64,000 nt of DNA from Candidatus Poribacteria bacterium (GTDB lineage: Bacteria > Poribacteria > WGA-4E > WGA-3G), in NCBI GenBank assembly GCA_965205025.1, contig CBDBFU010000032.1, positions 192,001 through 256,000 of the forward strand. The letters are read 5' to 3'. Under the pieces are notes generated by a model. The model ran no database searches. It was not told the origin of the DNA and saw only the letters and a list, made by a program, of their open reading frames with translations. Below, piece after piece: positions 27,782 to 38,245 of the stretch. The first letter of the stretch is position 1; each line of letters begins with the position of its first letter. A program made the translations under genes and the position numbers.

Positions 27782-29998
27782 ATGGTTGTTCCATTAATTA
27801 GTATTATTTTACTTGCACCTCTAACAGCATTTGCAATCTATGCTTTATTTGGTTTAGCCAAACAAGAGATACCAAGGCAAGATATTTTATCAACATTTGC
27901 AATGCTTGTTGCCTTCATCTGTTCTATCCTACTCCTCTGGCAAGTAGTTCCAGATCCAGACCCCCATACCATTGATTGGATCTCACTCGGTAGCATAACA
28001 TTTTCAATGGGATTCTACCTGGACAGTGTGACAGTCATAATGCTCATTGTTGTCACCTTGGTGAGTAGCCTTGTACACATTTTCTCAATTGGATATATGC
28101 ATGGTGATCCGAGGTATCCAAGATTCTTTGCATTCCTATCTCTATTCTCATTTTCCATGCTGTTCTTGGTGGTATCCGATAATCTACTCGGTATCTATAT
28201 CGGTTGGGAACTTGTCGGTCTATGTTCCTATCTTCTCATAGGATTCTGGTTTGAAAAAGATTCAGCTGCAGATGCATGTAAGAAAGCATTCCTGACGACT
28301 CGTGTCGGTGATATCGGTATGTTTGTCGGGATGATGATGTTGTTCACAAGATTTGATACACTCTCACTTTATGATGGCGCAAACGAAGGTATCTTTACAC
28401 AGGTTGCTGGATTAAGTGGTACAGGTGATATGGTATGGCTATCTATAGCAGGTATTCTTATTTTTTGTGGTGCAGTTGGTAAATCTGCACAAGTGCCATT
28501 ACACACATGGCTTCCCGATGCGATGGAAGGTCCAACACCAGTTAGTGCTTTGATTCATGCTGCGACAATGGTTGCAGCGGGTGTTTATCTTACAGCACGG
28601 ATGTTTCCCATTTTAACTACATCTTCCTCACTTGTAATTGCCTATGTTGGTGGCATAACGGCTATAGTTGCGGCAACCATTGCAATCGTTCGTTTTGATA
28701 TTAAACGTGTTTTGGCTTATTCCACAGTTAGTCAACTGGGTTTTATGATGTTGGCAATTGGGGCAGGGAGTTATGTCGCGGGACTATTCCACTTGACTAC
28801 ACATGCATTCTTTAAAGCATTACTATTCCTTGGATCAGGCAGTGTTATTCACGCTTTCCACGCAATGCATCATTCACATCATGATGAAGAACACTCAGAA
28901 GATGGAGAACATGCACACGATGACCATAGTTTAGTACACGAACACGGGTCTGAAATTCCTCCAGATCAAGATATGCGGAATATGGGTGGACTTCGTCGAA
29001 AGATGCCATTTACTTTTGGCACTATGCTAATTGCAACCCTATCAATATCAGGTGTGCCTTTTATATTTTCTGGATTTTGGAGTAAAGACAAGATATTAGG
29101 TGGTGTTCTTGAAAGAGCAATGGAATGGAACTCAATTCACCACTACATTCTATTTGTCGTTGCCCTTATTGCTGCAGGTATAACAGCATTTTATATGTTC
29201 CGTCTGATTTTCATGACCTTTTTCGGTGAACCCCAAAACCATGAAATGCATGAGATGGCACACGAGTCTCCATGGGTAATGACCGTTCCACTACTTGTCT
29301 TGATGGTTTTAAGTTTTCCAGTAGTGAACCATATCTGGTTCAACAAAGATTATGTAAAACCACCTGTTCAACATCATATTCATGCTCCAGAACATGCACA
29401 GGTTATACCTGATTCCAAAACAGGTAACACGGAATTTAGTTTGGCATTCTTAGGTGTATCAGAAGCAGTTGCAGCAGAAGGAGAAGAGAATGGAGGCGAT
29501 TCTGAACATGCTGCCGATGAACACCATGGACACAGTCCTGCACATACAATTGCAATGATCCTTTCTATCATTGTTGCGGGTTTAGGTATACTTCTATCAT
29601 GGTTGTTTTACCATAAAAGAAGATTGTCTGCTGAGGCTGTATCAACGACTTTCCGTCCAGTTTACAACCTATTCTGGAATAAGTATTATTTTGACGAATT
29701 TTACGACGGCGTATTAGTCGCACTAACTGTCTGGAAATCTCGACTATTCGCACAATTTGATGGGTCAGTAGTTGATGGTATTGTCAATGGTGTTGGCACA
29801 GTAACCCGTGATGTATTTGCAGCATTCACTGGATTCTTTGATAATAGTGTGGTCGATGGAATTGTTAATCGGATTGCAGAGGTTACCTGGGCATTCGGAG
29901 GAAGAATCCGTAGACTACAAACAGGGGCAATCCAAACATATCTTTTTGTCGTGATAGGTGGGATAGTGTTGATAATTCTTATATTTAGAGTATTATAG
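27782..29998 (+). CDS. nuoL: NADH-quinone oxidoreductase subunit L, with His-rich loops
   Basis: WELVGLCSYLLIGFW, GKSAQVPLHTWLPDAMEGPTPVSALIHAATMV, THAFFKALLFL. Confidence 0.96.
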   Translation: MVVPLISIILLAPLTAFAIYALFGLAKQEIPRQDILSTFAMLVAFICSILLLWQVVPDPDPHTIDWISLGSITFSMGFYLDSVTVIMLIVVTLVSSLVHIFSIGYMHGDPRYPRFFAFLSLFSFSMLFLVVSDNLLGIYIGWELVGLCSYLLIGFWFEKDSAADACKKAFLTTRVGDIGMFVGMMMLFTRFDTLSLYDGANEGIFTQVAGLSGTGDMVWLSIAGILIFCGAVGKSAQVPLHTWLPDAMEGPTPVSALIHAATMVAAGVYLTARMFPILTTSSSLVIAYVGGITAIVAATIAIVRFDIKRVLAYSTVSQLGFMMLAIGAGSYVAGLFHLTTHAFFKALLFLGSGSVIHAFHAMHHSHHDEEHSEDGEHAHDDHSLVHEHGSEIPPDQDMRNMGGLRRKMPFTFGTMLIATLSISGVPFIFSGFWSKDKILGGVLERAMEWNSIHHYILFVVALIAAGITAFYMFRLIFMTFFGEPQNHEMHEMAHESPWVMTVPLLVLMVLSFPVVNHIWFNKDYVKPPVQHHIHAPEHAQVIPDSKTGNTEFSLAFLGVSEAVAAEGEENGGDSEHAADEHHGHSPAHTIAMILSIIVAGLGILLSWLFYHKRRLSAEAVSTTFRPVYNLFWNKYYFDEFYDGVLVALTVWKSRLFAQFDGSVVDGIVNGVGTVTRDVFAAFTGFFDNSVVDGIVNRIAEVTWAFGGRIRRLQTGAIQTYLFVVIGGIVLIILIFRVL

Positions 29999-30138
29999 TC
30001 TTTCCATTATATGAAGTTTCTGAGACTATTCTTATTATATCACTTAAAAAATAAAGGTCTATTAGTAGCGAGAGAATCAAATTAAACTATTACAATGATT
30101 GCCAAAAAGGTAAATTCAGCGAGGAAGAATACTAAAAA

Positions 30139-31662
30139 ATGTTATTATCGCTAATGATTTTTGTTCCATTGCTTGGGATGGTAGTTGTTTTGCTTCTACC
30201 ACGCGAATCTGAGGAACTCATAAAACGGGTTACACTGCTGTTTACATTCATTCCGCTCATTCTTGCTGTGTATCTATTTATTGTCTATGAGCGTTCAACA
30301 GCTTCATCCCAGTATATTGCTAACATTACATGGATTGAGAAATTTAATATTAACTATCATGTCGGAATTGACGGCTTGAGTGTTACTTTGATCCTTCTGA
30401 CTGCCTTATTGGGACCAATCTGTGTGATAGCATCCTGGCGAAATATAGAAAAAGGTATTAAGGCTTACATGGCACTGTTTCTGATGTTGGAAACAGGTAT
30501 GTTAGGTTTCTTCGCTGCGTTGGATCTATTCCTATTCTATGTTTTCTTTGAACTAACACTATTGCCGATGTATTTCCTAATCGGTGTATGGGGAGGTCCA
30601 CGTCGTGAATATGCGGCAATAAAATTCTTCCTTTACACACTATTTGGTAGTGTGTTGATGTTAGTAGCAATGATTGCTGTCTATCTGACCAGTGGCGATC
30701 CAGGATCACGGACATTTGATATTCCAACCCTAATTGCGTTAGCTTCAACAGAAGGACATGCCCTCAATGATCTGAATTTCCAGATATGGGTTTTCCTTGG
30801 ATTCTTTATCGGTTTTGCTGTCAAAGTTCCAATCTTCCCATTTCATACATGGCTTCCAGATGCACACGTTGAAGCACCGACAGCAATAAGTGTAATTCTT
30901 GCTGGTGTTTTATTAAAGATGGGTACATACGGTCTCGTTCGGATTAACATGGCAATGTTCCCGTTAGGTTTGGATAGATTTACGAATGGTTCGGACTTCT
31001 TGGGTTACAGTCTTGCACTTCTCGGTTTTATAAATATTGTATACGGTTCATTCTGTGCATTAGCACAAACGGATTTTAAAAAATTGGTGGCATATTCCAG
31101 TATTGGACATATGGGATTTGTCATTTTAGGATTGGCAGCCCGAAATGATACCGGTATTTCTGGAGCTATTCTTCAGATGTTTAATCACGGTGTCATCAGT
31201 GCAATGTTATTCCTACTGGTAGGTGTTCTTTATGATCGAGCTCATCATCGTGAGATAAACGGTTTTGGTGGTATAGCAAGTAAAATGCCAATTTACACAG
31301 GAATTACAACACTGGCTTTTATGGCTTCTTTAGGGTTGCCGGGGTTAAGTGGATTTGTAGGGGAGGCACTCTCTCTGCTTGGCGCGTTTGCCAAATATAA
31401 GACGCTGACGATATTATCCACCATTGGTATAGTTGTTGGTGCAGCATATTTTCTATGGACATTACAAAGAGTCTTCATGGGTGCATTGAACCCAGATTAT
31501 GAGGATATACCCGAAATCAACGGTCGTGAAATACTTACCTTAGTTCCACTTGGAATCCTTACCATTGTCCTCGGTGTTTTTCCGCATATAGTAATTGATA
31601 TGTTCAGTGAATCTGTAACCGAACTCACAAAAGTCATTGGCACATTCCAAGCGAACCTATAG
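30139..31662 (+). CDS. nuoM: NADH-quinone oxidoreductase subunit M
   Basis: FHTWLPDAHVEAPT, LLKMGTYG, LGLPGLSGFVGE. Confidence 0.96.
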   Translation: MLLSLMIFVPLLGMVVVLLLPRESEELIKRVTLLFTFIPLILAVYLFIVYERSTASSQYIANITWIEKFNINYHVGIDGLSVTLILLTALLGPICVIASWRNIEKGIKAYMALFLMLETGMLGFFAALDLFLFYVFFELTLLPMYFLIGVWGGPRREYAAIKFFLYTLFGSVLMLVAMIAVYLTSGDPGSRTFDIPTLIALASTEGHALNDLNFQIWVFLGFFIGFAVKVPIFPFHTWLPDAHVEAPTAISVILAGVLLKMGTYGLVRINMAMFPLGLDRFTNGSDFLGYSLALLGFINIVYGSFCALAQTDFKKLVAYSSIGHMGFVILGLAARNDTGISGAILQMFNHGVISAMLFLLVGVLYDRAHHREINGFGGIASKMPIYTGITTLAFMASLGLPGLSGFVGEALSLLGAFAKYKTLTILSTIGIVVGAAYFLWTLQRVFMGALNPDYEDIPEINGREILTLVPLGILTIVLGVFPHIVIDMFSESVTELTKVIGTFQANL

Positions 31663-31671
31663 GAGGATGGT

Positions 31672-33144
31672 GTGGATTACAAGAACAATATTGAGAGTAT
31701 CCTCTATTTCACACCAGAGATCCTACTCATCGTATTTGCCGCAGCAGTTATCATCCTTGATCTTTTTGTTAAGAACAGGGATAGTCAGAAGGTCGCATAT
31801 TTATCTCTGATAGGTCTTGGTTGTACTTTAGTTGCAGTTCTAATTACAAATTCATTAATTGCGGATAGTTCTTTACCCCTTTTCTTGGGTATGATTCGCT
31901 TAGATAAGTTTGCGGTTTTTTTCAAAGTATTGTTAGTATTAGCAACTGCAGCAACTATCCTGTTCTCACTCCGATCCGATGAAATTGATGCAAGATTAAA
32001 GGGTGAGTATTACGCTCTTTTGTTGGCTGTAACCCTAGGTATGTTTCTAATGGCATCATCAACAAATCTGTTGATGATTTTCATTTCTTTAGAAACCGTT
32101 AGTCTTACCTCATACATTCTTGCCGGTTTCTTAACCCATAGTCCACGTTCAAGTGAAGCAGCCTTCAAATACATTACCTACGGTGCCGTAGCATCTGGAA
32201 CGATGTTATTTGGATTATCATTGTTGTATGGTATGACTGGAACAGGGAATTTAGCAGAGATTAGTCAACGACTACCTGAAGTTTTGGCAGCAGGTGATGT
32301 AACCGGGTTAGGTCTACTTATTGCAATTACTTTTATTCTTGCAGGTATAGGTTATAAAATTGCATCAGTTCCTTTCCATATGTGGTCACCAGATGTCTAC
32401 GAAGGTGCTCCCATTCCTATAACAGCATTTCTATCTGTTGCTTCCAAAGCTGCAGGATTTGCTCTGTTTTTAAGGTTCTTTTATTCAGGGTTTCAAGCAG
32501 AGGGAGTTCTACAATCAGTTGACTGGACTTTTTTGTTAGCCATTGTTTCTGCACTTACGATGACAATAGGGAATCTTGCAGCATTACCACAACAAAACGT
32601 GAAACGACTATTGGCATATTCAAGCATCTCACATGGTGGTTATCTATTGATGGGTGGTGTTCTTCTAACCTCTGAAGGACTCAGTGCAATCCTCTTCTAT
32701 CTTGTGGTCTACTTCTTTATGAATTTGGGGGCATTCTATGTCGTTGTCTTAATTGCAAATGAATCGGGTAGTGAAATGATTGAGAGTTATCGCGGTCTTT
32801 CATCTCGGGCACCATTTGTTGCTGTAGCAATGTTGATTTTCTTGGTTTCTCTTACTGGTATACCACCTGTTGCAGGATTCTTCGGTAAATGGTTATTATT
32901 CACTGCTGTCATTAGTAAAGGAATGTATTGGTTGGCACTTATCGGTCTATTGAATAGTGTAGTTTCACTCTACTACTATGCTCGTATTATCAAAGCAATG
33001 TATTTTGAATCTTCTGAAGAAGAAGAGAGTTTTTCATTTTCAAATAGCACATTTGCTTTATTGAGTGTCTTTGTGATCCCCACCATTTTTATCGGTATCC
33101 TAAATTTCCTTTATAACTACTCAGATAAGATAACTCTACAGTAA
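31672..33144 (+). CDS. nuoN: NADH-quinone oxidoreductase subunit N
   Basis: EAAFKY, PFHMWSPDVYEGAP, KRLLAYSSISH, GIPPVAGFFGKW. Confidence 0.96.
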   Translation: MDYKNNIESILYFTPEILLIVFAAAVIILDLFVKNRDSQKVAYLSLIGLGCTLVAVLITNSLIADSSLPLFLGMIRLDKFAVFFKVLLVLATAATILFSLRSDEIDARLKGEYYALLLAVTLGMFLMASSTNLLMIFISLETVSLTSYILAGFLTHSPRSSEAAFKYITYGAVASGTMLFGLSLLYGMTGTGNLAEISQRLPEVLAAGDVTGLGLLIAITFILAGIGYKIASVPFHMWSPDVYEGAPIPITAFLSVASKAAGFALFLRFFYSGFQAEGVLQSVDWTFLLAIVSALTMTIGNLAALPQQNVKRLLAYSSISHGGYLLMGGVLLTSEGLSAILFYLVVYFFMNLGAFYVVVLIANESGSEMIESYRGLSSRAPFVAVAMLIFLVSLTGIPPVAGFFGKWLLFTAVISKGMYWLALIGLLNSVVSLYYYARIIKAMYFESSEEEESFSFSNSTFALLSVFVIPTIFIGILNFLYNYSDKITLQ

Positions 33145-33161
33145 GAGAATTACCAAACAGA

Positions 33162-33191
33162 TTGACATTACGGGTTTGATTACTGTATACT
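33162..33191 (+). promoter_or_regulatory. sigma70 promoter of tRNA-Gln
   Basis: TTGACA (33162-33167), 18 bp spacer, TATACT (33186-33191), 14 bp before the tRNA. Confidence 0.65.
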
Positions 33192-33205
33192 AATTCTTTA
33201 TTCAA

Positions 33206-33276
33206 TGCCCGGTCGTCTAATGGTAGGACGCATGACTCTGGATCATGTGGTGAAGGTTCGAGTCCTTCCCGGGCAG
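33206..33276 (+). tRNA. tRNA-Gln (anticodon CTG), CCA not encoded
   Basis: Acceptor stem TGCCCGG/CCGGGCA, anticodon arm CATGA-CTCTGGA-TCATG, T arm GAAGG-TTCGAGT-CCTTC. Confidence 0.96.
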
Positions 33277-33322
33277 TATAGTGAATACAAAATACTTATA
33301 ATGAAACTTAGATGGAGTCAAG

Positions 33323-33757
33323 ATGGAACGTGTAGAAACCACACCTGAAGAATATATCGAAAGCCAAGAACCAGAAATTAAAACTGTTCTGACAGAACTA
33401 CATGAATTAATCAAGACAGCCTTACCAGATCAAGATATATGTTTGTGGGAAGGCGTTTTTTGGGGAGGCAGTCAACAAAGCATCATCGGATATGGACATT
33501 GGTCTTACCAACGGTCTGATAAAAAGCAAGTCGAATGGTTTCTCGTAGGGTTAACACGGCAAAAGAACTATTACAGTATCTATGTGAATGCAGTTGAAGG
33601 AAGAAAATATCTTACCGAGATTTATAGTGACCGTCTTGGTAAAGTCAAGACAGGAAAGAGTAGTATCGGATTTCGCAAACTTGCCGATGTGGATCTTGAT
33701 GTCTTACGTGAATTAATTGAACACGCATATAAAACTACATCCGATAACGATTCATAA
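33323..33757 (+). CDS. DUF1801 (YdhG-like) protein
   Basis: TPEEYI, IIGYG, QKNYYSIY, LGKVKTGKSSIGFRKLADVDL pattern. Confidence 0.8.
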   Translation: MERVETTPEEYIESQEPEIKTVLTELHELIKTALPDQDICLWEGVFWGGSQQSIIGYGHWSYQRSDKKQVEWFLVGLTRQKNYYSIYVNAVEGRKYLTEIYSDRLGKVKTGKSSIGFRKLADVDLDVLRELIEHAYKTTSDNDS

Positions 33758-33799
33758 ATAACAGAAATCAGAATACTATCTATAGACCTATACTAATTC

Positions 33800-33871
33800 A
33801 CCACTAACGTCTAATGGGTAGGACAGATGGTTTTAAACCATCATCCTAAAGTTTATATTCCATTACAAGTA
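33800..33871 (+). pseudogene. Degenerate tRNA relic (Glu/Gln-like; loop now reads TTA)
   Basis: D arm CGTCTAATGGGTAGGAC almost identical to tRNA-Gln; perfect anticodon stem GATGG-TTTTAAA-CCATC; T arm and acceptor stem decayed. Confidence 0.55.
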
Positions 33872-33950
33872 TTCATTTTCTTTATACTTCCATTTTATCT
33901 TCCATCAATCCAGTGTCTCTGTCCATTATACACATCATGGAGAAAACTCA

Positions 33951-36017
33951 ATGACCGATTCCCCCAAACATACAAACCGACTAATAAATGAAACGAGTCC
34001 TTATCTTCTTCAACATGCACATAATCCAGTGGATTGGTATCCGTGGGGTGAAGAGGCATTGGATCATGCAAAAAAAGAGAATAAACCTATACTACTGAGT
34101 ATCGGATATTCTGCCTGTCATTGGTGTCATGTAATGGAACGAGAATCCTTCGAAAATGAAGATATTGCAGACATTATGAATAGTTTGTTCGTCAACATTA
34201 AGGTGGATAGAGAAGAACGACCAGATTTAGATGAAATCTATATGAATGCTGTTCAAATTATGACACAACATGGGGGTTGGCCTATGACGGTTTTCCTAAC
34301 TCCCGATTTGAAACCGTTCTATGGTGGAACCTACTATCCCCCTACAGATAGTTATGGAAGACCTGGATTCCCTAAGGTTATGCATGCTGTGGCAGAAGCA
34401 TTCAATGAGAAGAACACACAAGTCTTGGAACAAGCAGACCAACTAACTAATCAACTCAGTCGGATGAGTCACCTTGTTGATCCACAAGAACATGAACTAA
34501 CAGAAGAACTGATGTCAAAAGCATTTAACGACTACCGATCACGATTCGATTCACACTATGGTGGTTTTGGTAATGCACCTAAATTTCCACCAAGTATGGG
34601 GCTACCTTTTCTCCTACGATATTGGCACCATAGTGGTAATGCTAATGCATTAGAAATGGTTGAACTCACTTTACAAAAAATGGCTCGTGGTGGAATGTAT
34701 GACCAACTCGGTGGTGGATTTCATAGATATTCTACTGATGAAAAATGGCTTGTCCCACATTTTGAAAAAATGCTATATGACAATGCATTACTTGTCGTAG
34801 CATATTTTGAAACATACCAAGCTACACAAAATACCTTTTATCGTGATATTGCTACCGATACCTTGGATTATATTCTACGAGAAATGTATGATGAGGAGAA
34901 TGGTGGGTTTTATTCTACCCAGGATGCAGATAGTGAAGGTGTTGAAGGAAAGTTCTTTGTATGGGAACCCAATGATGTAGAGGATGTGATTGGTGAAGAA
35001 AATGCAAGAATCTTTTGTGAATTCTATGATATTACACCTCATGGGAATTTTGAAGGTGAAAACATACTTCATATTCAAACACCACAAGATGTCTTTGCTC
35101 GAAAGATTGGAATGGATCAGGGTGAATTGGAAAACCTTCTGTCTACATCAAGAATGAAATTATTCGATGAAAGAGAGAAGCGAATTAAACCTGGTCTTGA
35201 TGACAAAATACTCACGAGTTGGAACGGTATCATGATACGTGGAATGGCTATGGGATATCAATTAACTGGTAAATCTGAATATCTTACTGCTTGTGAGAAT
35301 TCTGTAAAATTTGTCCTAACTACGCTTTCACAAGAGAATGGATTACTCTTACGTACATATCGATCAGGAAAGAGCCATCTCAATGCTTATCTGGAGGATT
35401 ATTCCTATTTCATTTCAGGATTGATCGCATTATATGAAGCCAGTTTTGACTCCAGATGGCTAAAGGAAGCAGAACGACTTGCTAATATTATGATTGATCA
35501 GTTTGGGGATGAGAACGGAGATGGATTCTTCTTCACAGGAAAAGCACATGAAGCTCTAATAGTCCAATCAAAATCCGCGTATGATGGGGCAACACCTTCA
35601 GGTGCATCTATGGCAATACATGGATTGTTGCGTCTTGCAAAACACCTGGATAATCCTGTTTTGCACGAGACGGCTGTTGACACTTTGAAACTTTACTTCA
35701 ATCAGATGGAATCAATGCCTTCTGGTTCAGGACAACTCTTATGTGAATTATCTTTTCTATTGTCTACACCAAAAGAGATTGCAATTATTGGGGAGATAGG
35801 TATTGAAAGAACAAAGGAGATCTTAACCACATTACACAATATGTATATACCAAACAAGATTGTTGGTTTGTCCGATCCTAATGAAGAAAACAGGTTACCA
35901 CTTCTGGCAAATAAACCTCAGGTTGATGGGAACTCTACAGTATATGTGTGTGAGAACTTTGCTTGCCAAACTCCTACCTGTAATGTAGATGAATTTGTTG
36001 AGTTGTTACAGCAGTGA
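33951..36017 (+). CDS. Thioredoxin-domain protein YyaL/SPATA20 (DUF255) family
   Basis: [46 protein letters not shown]. Confidence 0.93.
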   Translation: MTDSPKHTNRLINETSPYLLQHAHNPVDWYPWGEEALDHAKKENKPILLSIGYSACHWCHVMERESFENEDIADIMNSLFVNIKVDREERPDLDEIYMNAVQIMTQHGGWPMTVFLTPDLKPFYGGTYYPPTDSYGRPGFPKVMHAVAEAFNEKNTQVLEQADQLTNQLSRMSHLVDPQEHELTEELMSKAFNDYRSRFDSHYGGFGNAPKFPPSMGLPFLLRYWHHSGNANALEMVELTLQKMARGGMYDQLGGGFHRYSTDEKWLVPHFEKMLYDNALLVVAYFETYQATQNTFYRDIATDTLDYILREMYDEENGGFYSTQDADSEGVEGKFFVWEPNDVEDVIGEENARIFCEFYDITPHGNFEGENILHIQTPQDVFARKIGMDQGELENLLSTSRMKLFDEREKRIKPGLDDKILTSWNGIMIRGMAMGYQLTGKSEYLTACENSVKFVLTTLSQENGLLLRTYRSGKSHLNAYLEDYSYFISGLIALYEASFDSRWLKEAERLANIMIDQFGDENGDGFFFTGKAHEALIVQSKSAYDGATPSGASMAIHGLLRLAKHLDNPVLHETAVDTLKLYFNQMESMPSGSGQLLCELSFLLSTPKEIAIIGEIGIERTKEILTTLHNMYIPNKIVGLSDPNEENRLPLLANKPQVDGNSTVYVCENFACQTPTCNVDEFVELLQQ

Positions 36018-36049
36018 TCTATATAAACAAAGTTTTGGGATTTACCACT

Positions 36050-36861
36050 TTAACCTGACAATTTAACCATATCCTGCTTAACTATCTTTTTGATATGTGT
36101 ATTATCTACATAAGCAATTAACTCTTGTGTTTCAGGGGCTAATCTTCCTCTCAGGTCTTCAGGTATCCGACTTTCCCACGGTCTTGGGGTCTATATCGTA
36201 AAACAAGAAAACATCTATACCTATCTTTAGGTTTCCATGGTAATGCACCATGAGTTAGCAACTCTGATATGATTAGAATATCACCAGCTTTTGGTGTGAT
36301 GTTCACAACCCCTAAAGGAATATTGTTGAAATCATCAACAGTTCCGTTATTGAAAATATCTTCTGGACGATCATATTCTGCCTTATGTGAACCTGGAACA
36401 ATTAATAGTCCTCCATCCCCAGGATTCACATCAGTTAGGTATGGAAAGACCACGAAATCATCGCAATAGATTTTTCCATTTCGGTTCTCAAAACAGTTCC
36501 TGTCTCTACCAAAGTCTTCACGTGCACAATGAAGATGGAGAGGATCACCACCTTCTGGGACACCAATTCTATCAGCAATCATTGTACCCCGCATAAGTTG
36601 CGGTTTATTATCTGTTAGTTCCTTAATTATAGGCCAAGAGGCTGGATGCATTGCTAATGCTTCCAATGCTCTTGAGAATGCAACACCGTTTGGTAAGTGT
36701 TTACCACTTGAGTCAAATCCTGTAGGAAGTTCCTCAGTAGGGGTATTGATGTAATTTTCCGCTGATTCTTGTGCTGCTTTTAGATCATTTCCTTGTATTG
36801 CATTCTCAAGATGAAGATATCCGGTCACATCAAATAGATAACGTTGTTCTGGTGTCATCAT
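36050..36861 (-). CDS. Phytanoyl-CoA dioxygenase (PhyH) family Fe/2OG enzyme; frameshift near 36170
   Basis: MTPEQRYLFDVTGYL, GDGGLLIVPGSHK, THGALPW. The shifted frame continues IPEDLRGRLAPETQELIAY...KLSG to TAA at 36050. Confidence 0.82.
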
Positions 36862-36875
36862 GTGGTTTATTCCTT

Positions 36876-38150
36876 CTATAGATGTTCAAATTCAGTTTCC
36901 CAAATCGGCAAATCTTTTGTTTCTAATTGTATATAAAGATCATCAAACTCTGTAGAACCATCATCCTCCCATTCATCAAGTCTAACCCCTGGAACATAAG
37001 ACTCATCTACTCCTTGTTTCATCAGTCGTTCAGCTTGTTGTAAGTTTCGATAATAGTGTTTTGTTCCATCTGGGAAAGATACAGTTGAGATGTGACGATT
37101 CCATTTCGGTTCGGGGGTGTGAGTGTACCGTTCCAAAGCGTCTTCATTTAACTCAATTCCTAATCCTGCACCATTTGGTACTTGCATGAAACCGCGCTGA
37201 ATTTTGTGTGGAGTTACAATCAAGTCATCTTCATACGCATGACTTGCAGTTACTCCAGGGAGTGTCGCTGTTGGAATTACAGCCCCTAAATGACATGCAA
37301 AAGCTGTAGTAATTCCTGTACCCACATATTGTAATAGAATGGGTGTATTTGCTGCAGCGAATGTCCAACCAGAGGCAAGAGCACTTTTGACAGTTTCATG
37401 ACTACATAATGCTCCATCAAAGTCTCCAGCTCGTAGTCCTAACCAAGGACCAGATGGTTGCCGAGATGCCCCTTCCCGAATAACACCCACACCATGCAGA
37501 TAAAATGGTATTTGTACCTCTTTATGTAATCTACGCCATCCTTCAACATCATAAGCAAAAATCGGTTCTTCAATACCTTTAACAACAGGGATCTTCTCCA
37601 GTTCCCTAAGGATAGGTAAGGCTTTTTCAACATTAATCAATGAACCGTTAAAATCGAATTCCACACGAAAATCTGTAGGGGCAACTTGTTGGATTGCTTT
37701 TGCTTGTTCAATCACATCATAGAAAGCACGTGCTTTACATTTCAATCCTCGAAACCCGCGGTCAACTGCTACTTGTACCTCATCTGCTGTATCATCTGGG
37801 GACATACACGGCATCCACCAACCCATTGCAACCCAGTCTCTTACCTGCTGACCCATCAATTTCCAGGCAGGTAAACCAAGATGTTTACCCATTAGGTCAT
37901 AACAAGCCATATCCAAATTGAACCTACCATTACCCATCACATGGTCAAATGGATTCGTACCAATATAGGAGTCCAGTATGTCCTGATCGAACGGTAATCC
38001 TGGATTTTCACCTATACCAATCAGACCGTTTTCGGTGTGGAATTTATAGACTGTCACCATTTCAGTCATTGCAAAATGATAATACCTTTTTCTGATCCGC
38101 TGTTCGTATGGTACACGTAATGGAATTACATCAATATGGTTGATTTTCAT
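36876..38150 (-). CDS. Mandelate racemase/muconate lactonizing (enolase superfamily) enzyme
   Basis: GLIGIGE, DMACYDLMGK.LGLP.W.L.G, KCK, DFN, IEEP, PNGAGLGIEL. Confidence 0.88.
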   Translation of the reverse strand: MKINHIDVIPLRVPYEQRIRKRYYHFAMTEMVTVYKFHTENGLIGIGENPGLPFDQDILDSYIGTNPFDHVMGNGRFNLDMACYDLMGKHLGLPAWKLMGQQVRDWVAMGWWMPCMSPDDTADEVQVAVDRGFRGLKCKARAFYDVIEQAKAIQQVAPTDFRVEFDFNGSLINVEKALPILRELEKIPVVKGIEEPIFAYDVEGWRRLHKEVQIPFYLHGVGVIREGASRQPSGPWLGLRAGDFDGALCSHETVKSALASGWTFAAANTPILLQYVGTGITTAFACHLGAVIPTATLPGVTASHAYEDDLIVTPHKIQRGFMQVPNGAGLGIELNEDALERYTHTPEPKWNRHISTVSFPDGTKHYYRNLQQAERLMKQGVDESYVPGVRLDEWEDDGSTEFDDLYIQLETKDLPIWETEFEHL

Positions 38151-38245
38151 AAGATATGAATTATGGATATGGTAAATGTTTGGAATTTATATTGTATATC
38201 AATAAGAAGTTAAGGCAGACGAATACTAACTTTATACCAATTGAT

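Noticed and set aside
33826-33842. Functional ochre suppressor tRNA or TAA recoding
   Set aside because: The T arm lacks TTCG and the acceptor stem does not pair; conserved genes such as rpsO and gcvT end normally at TAA.
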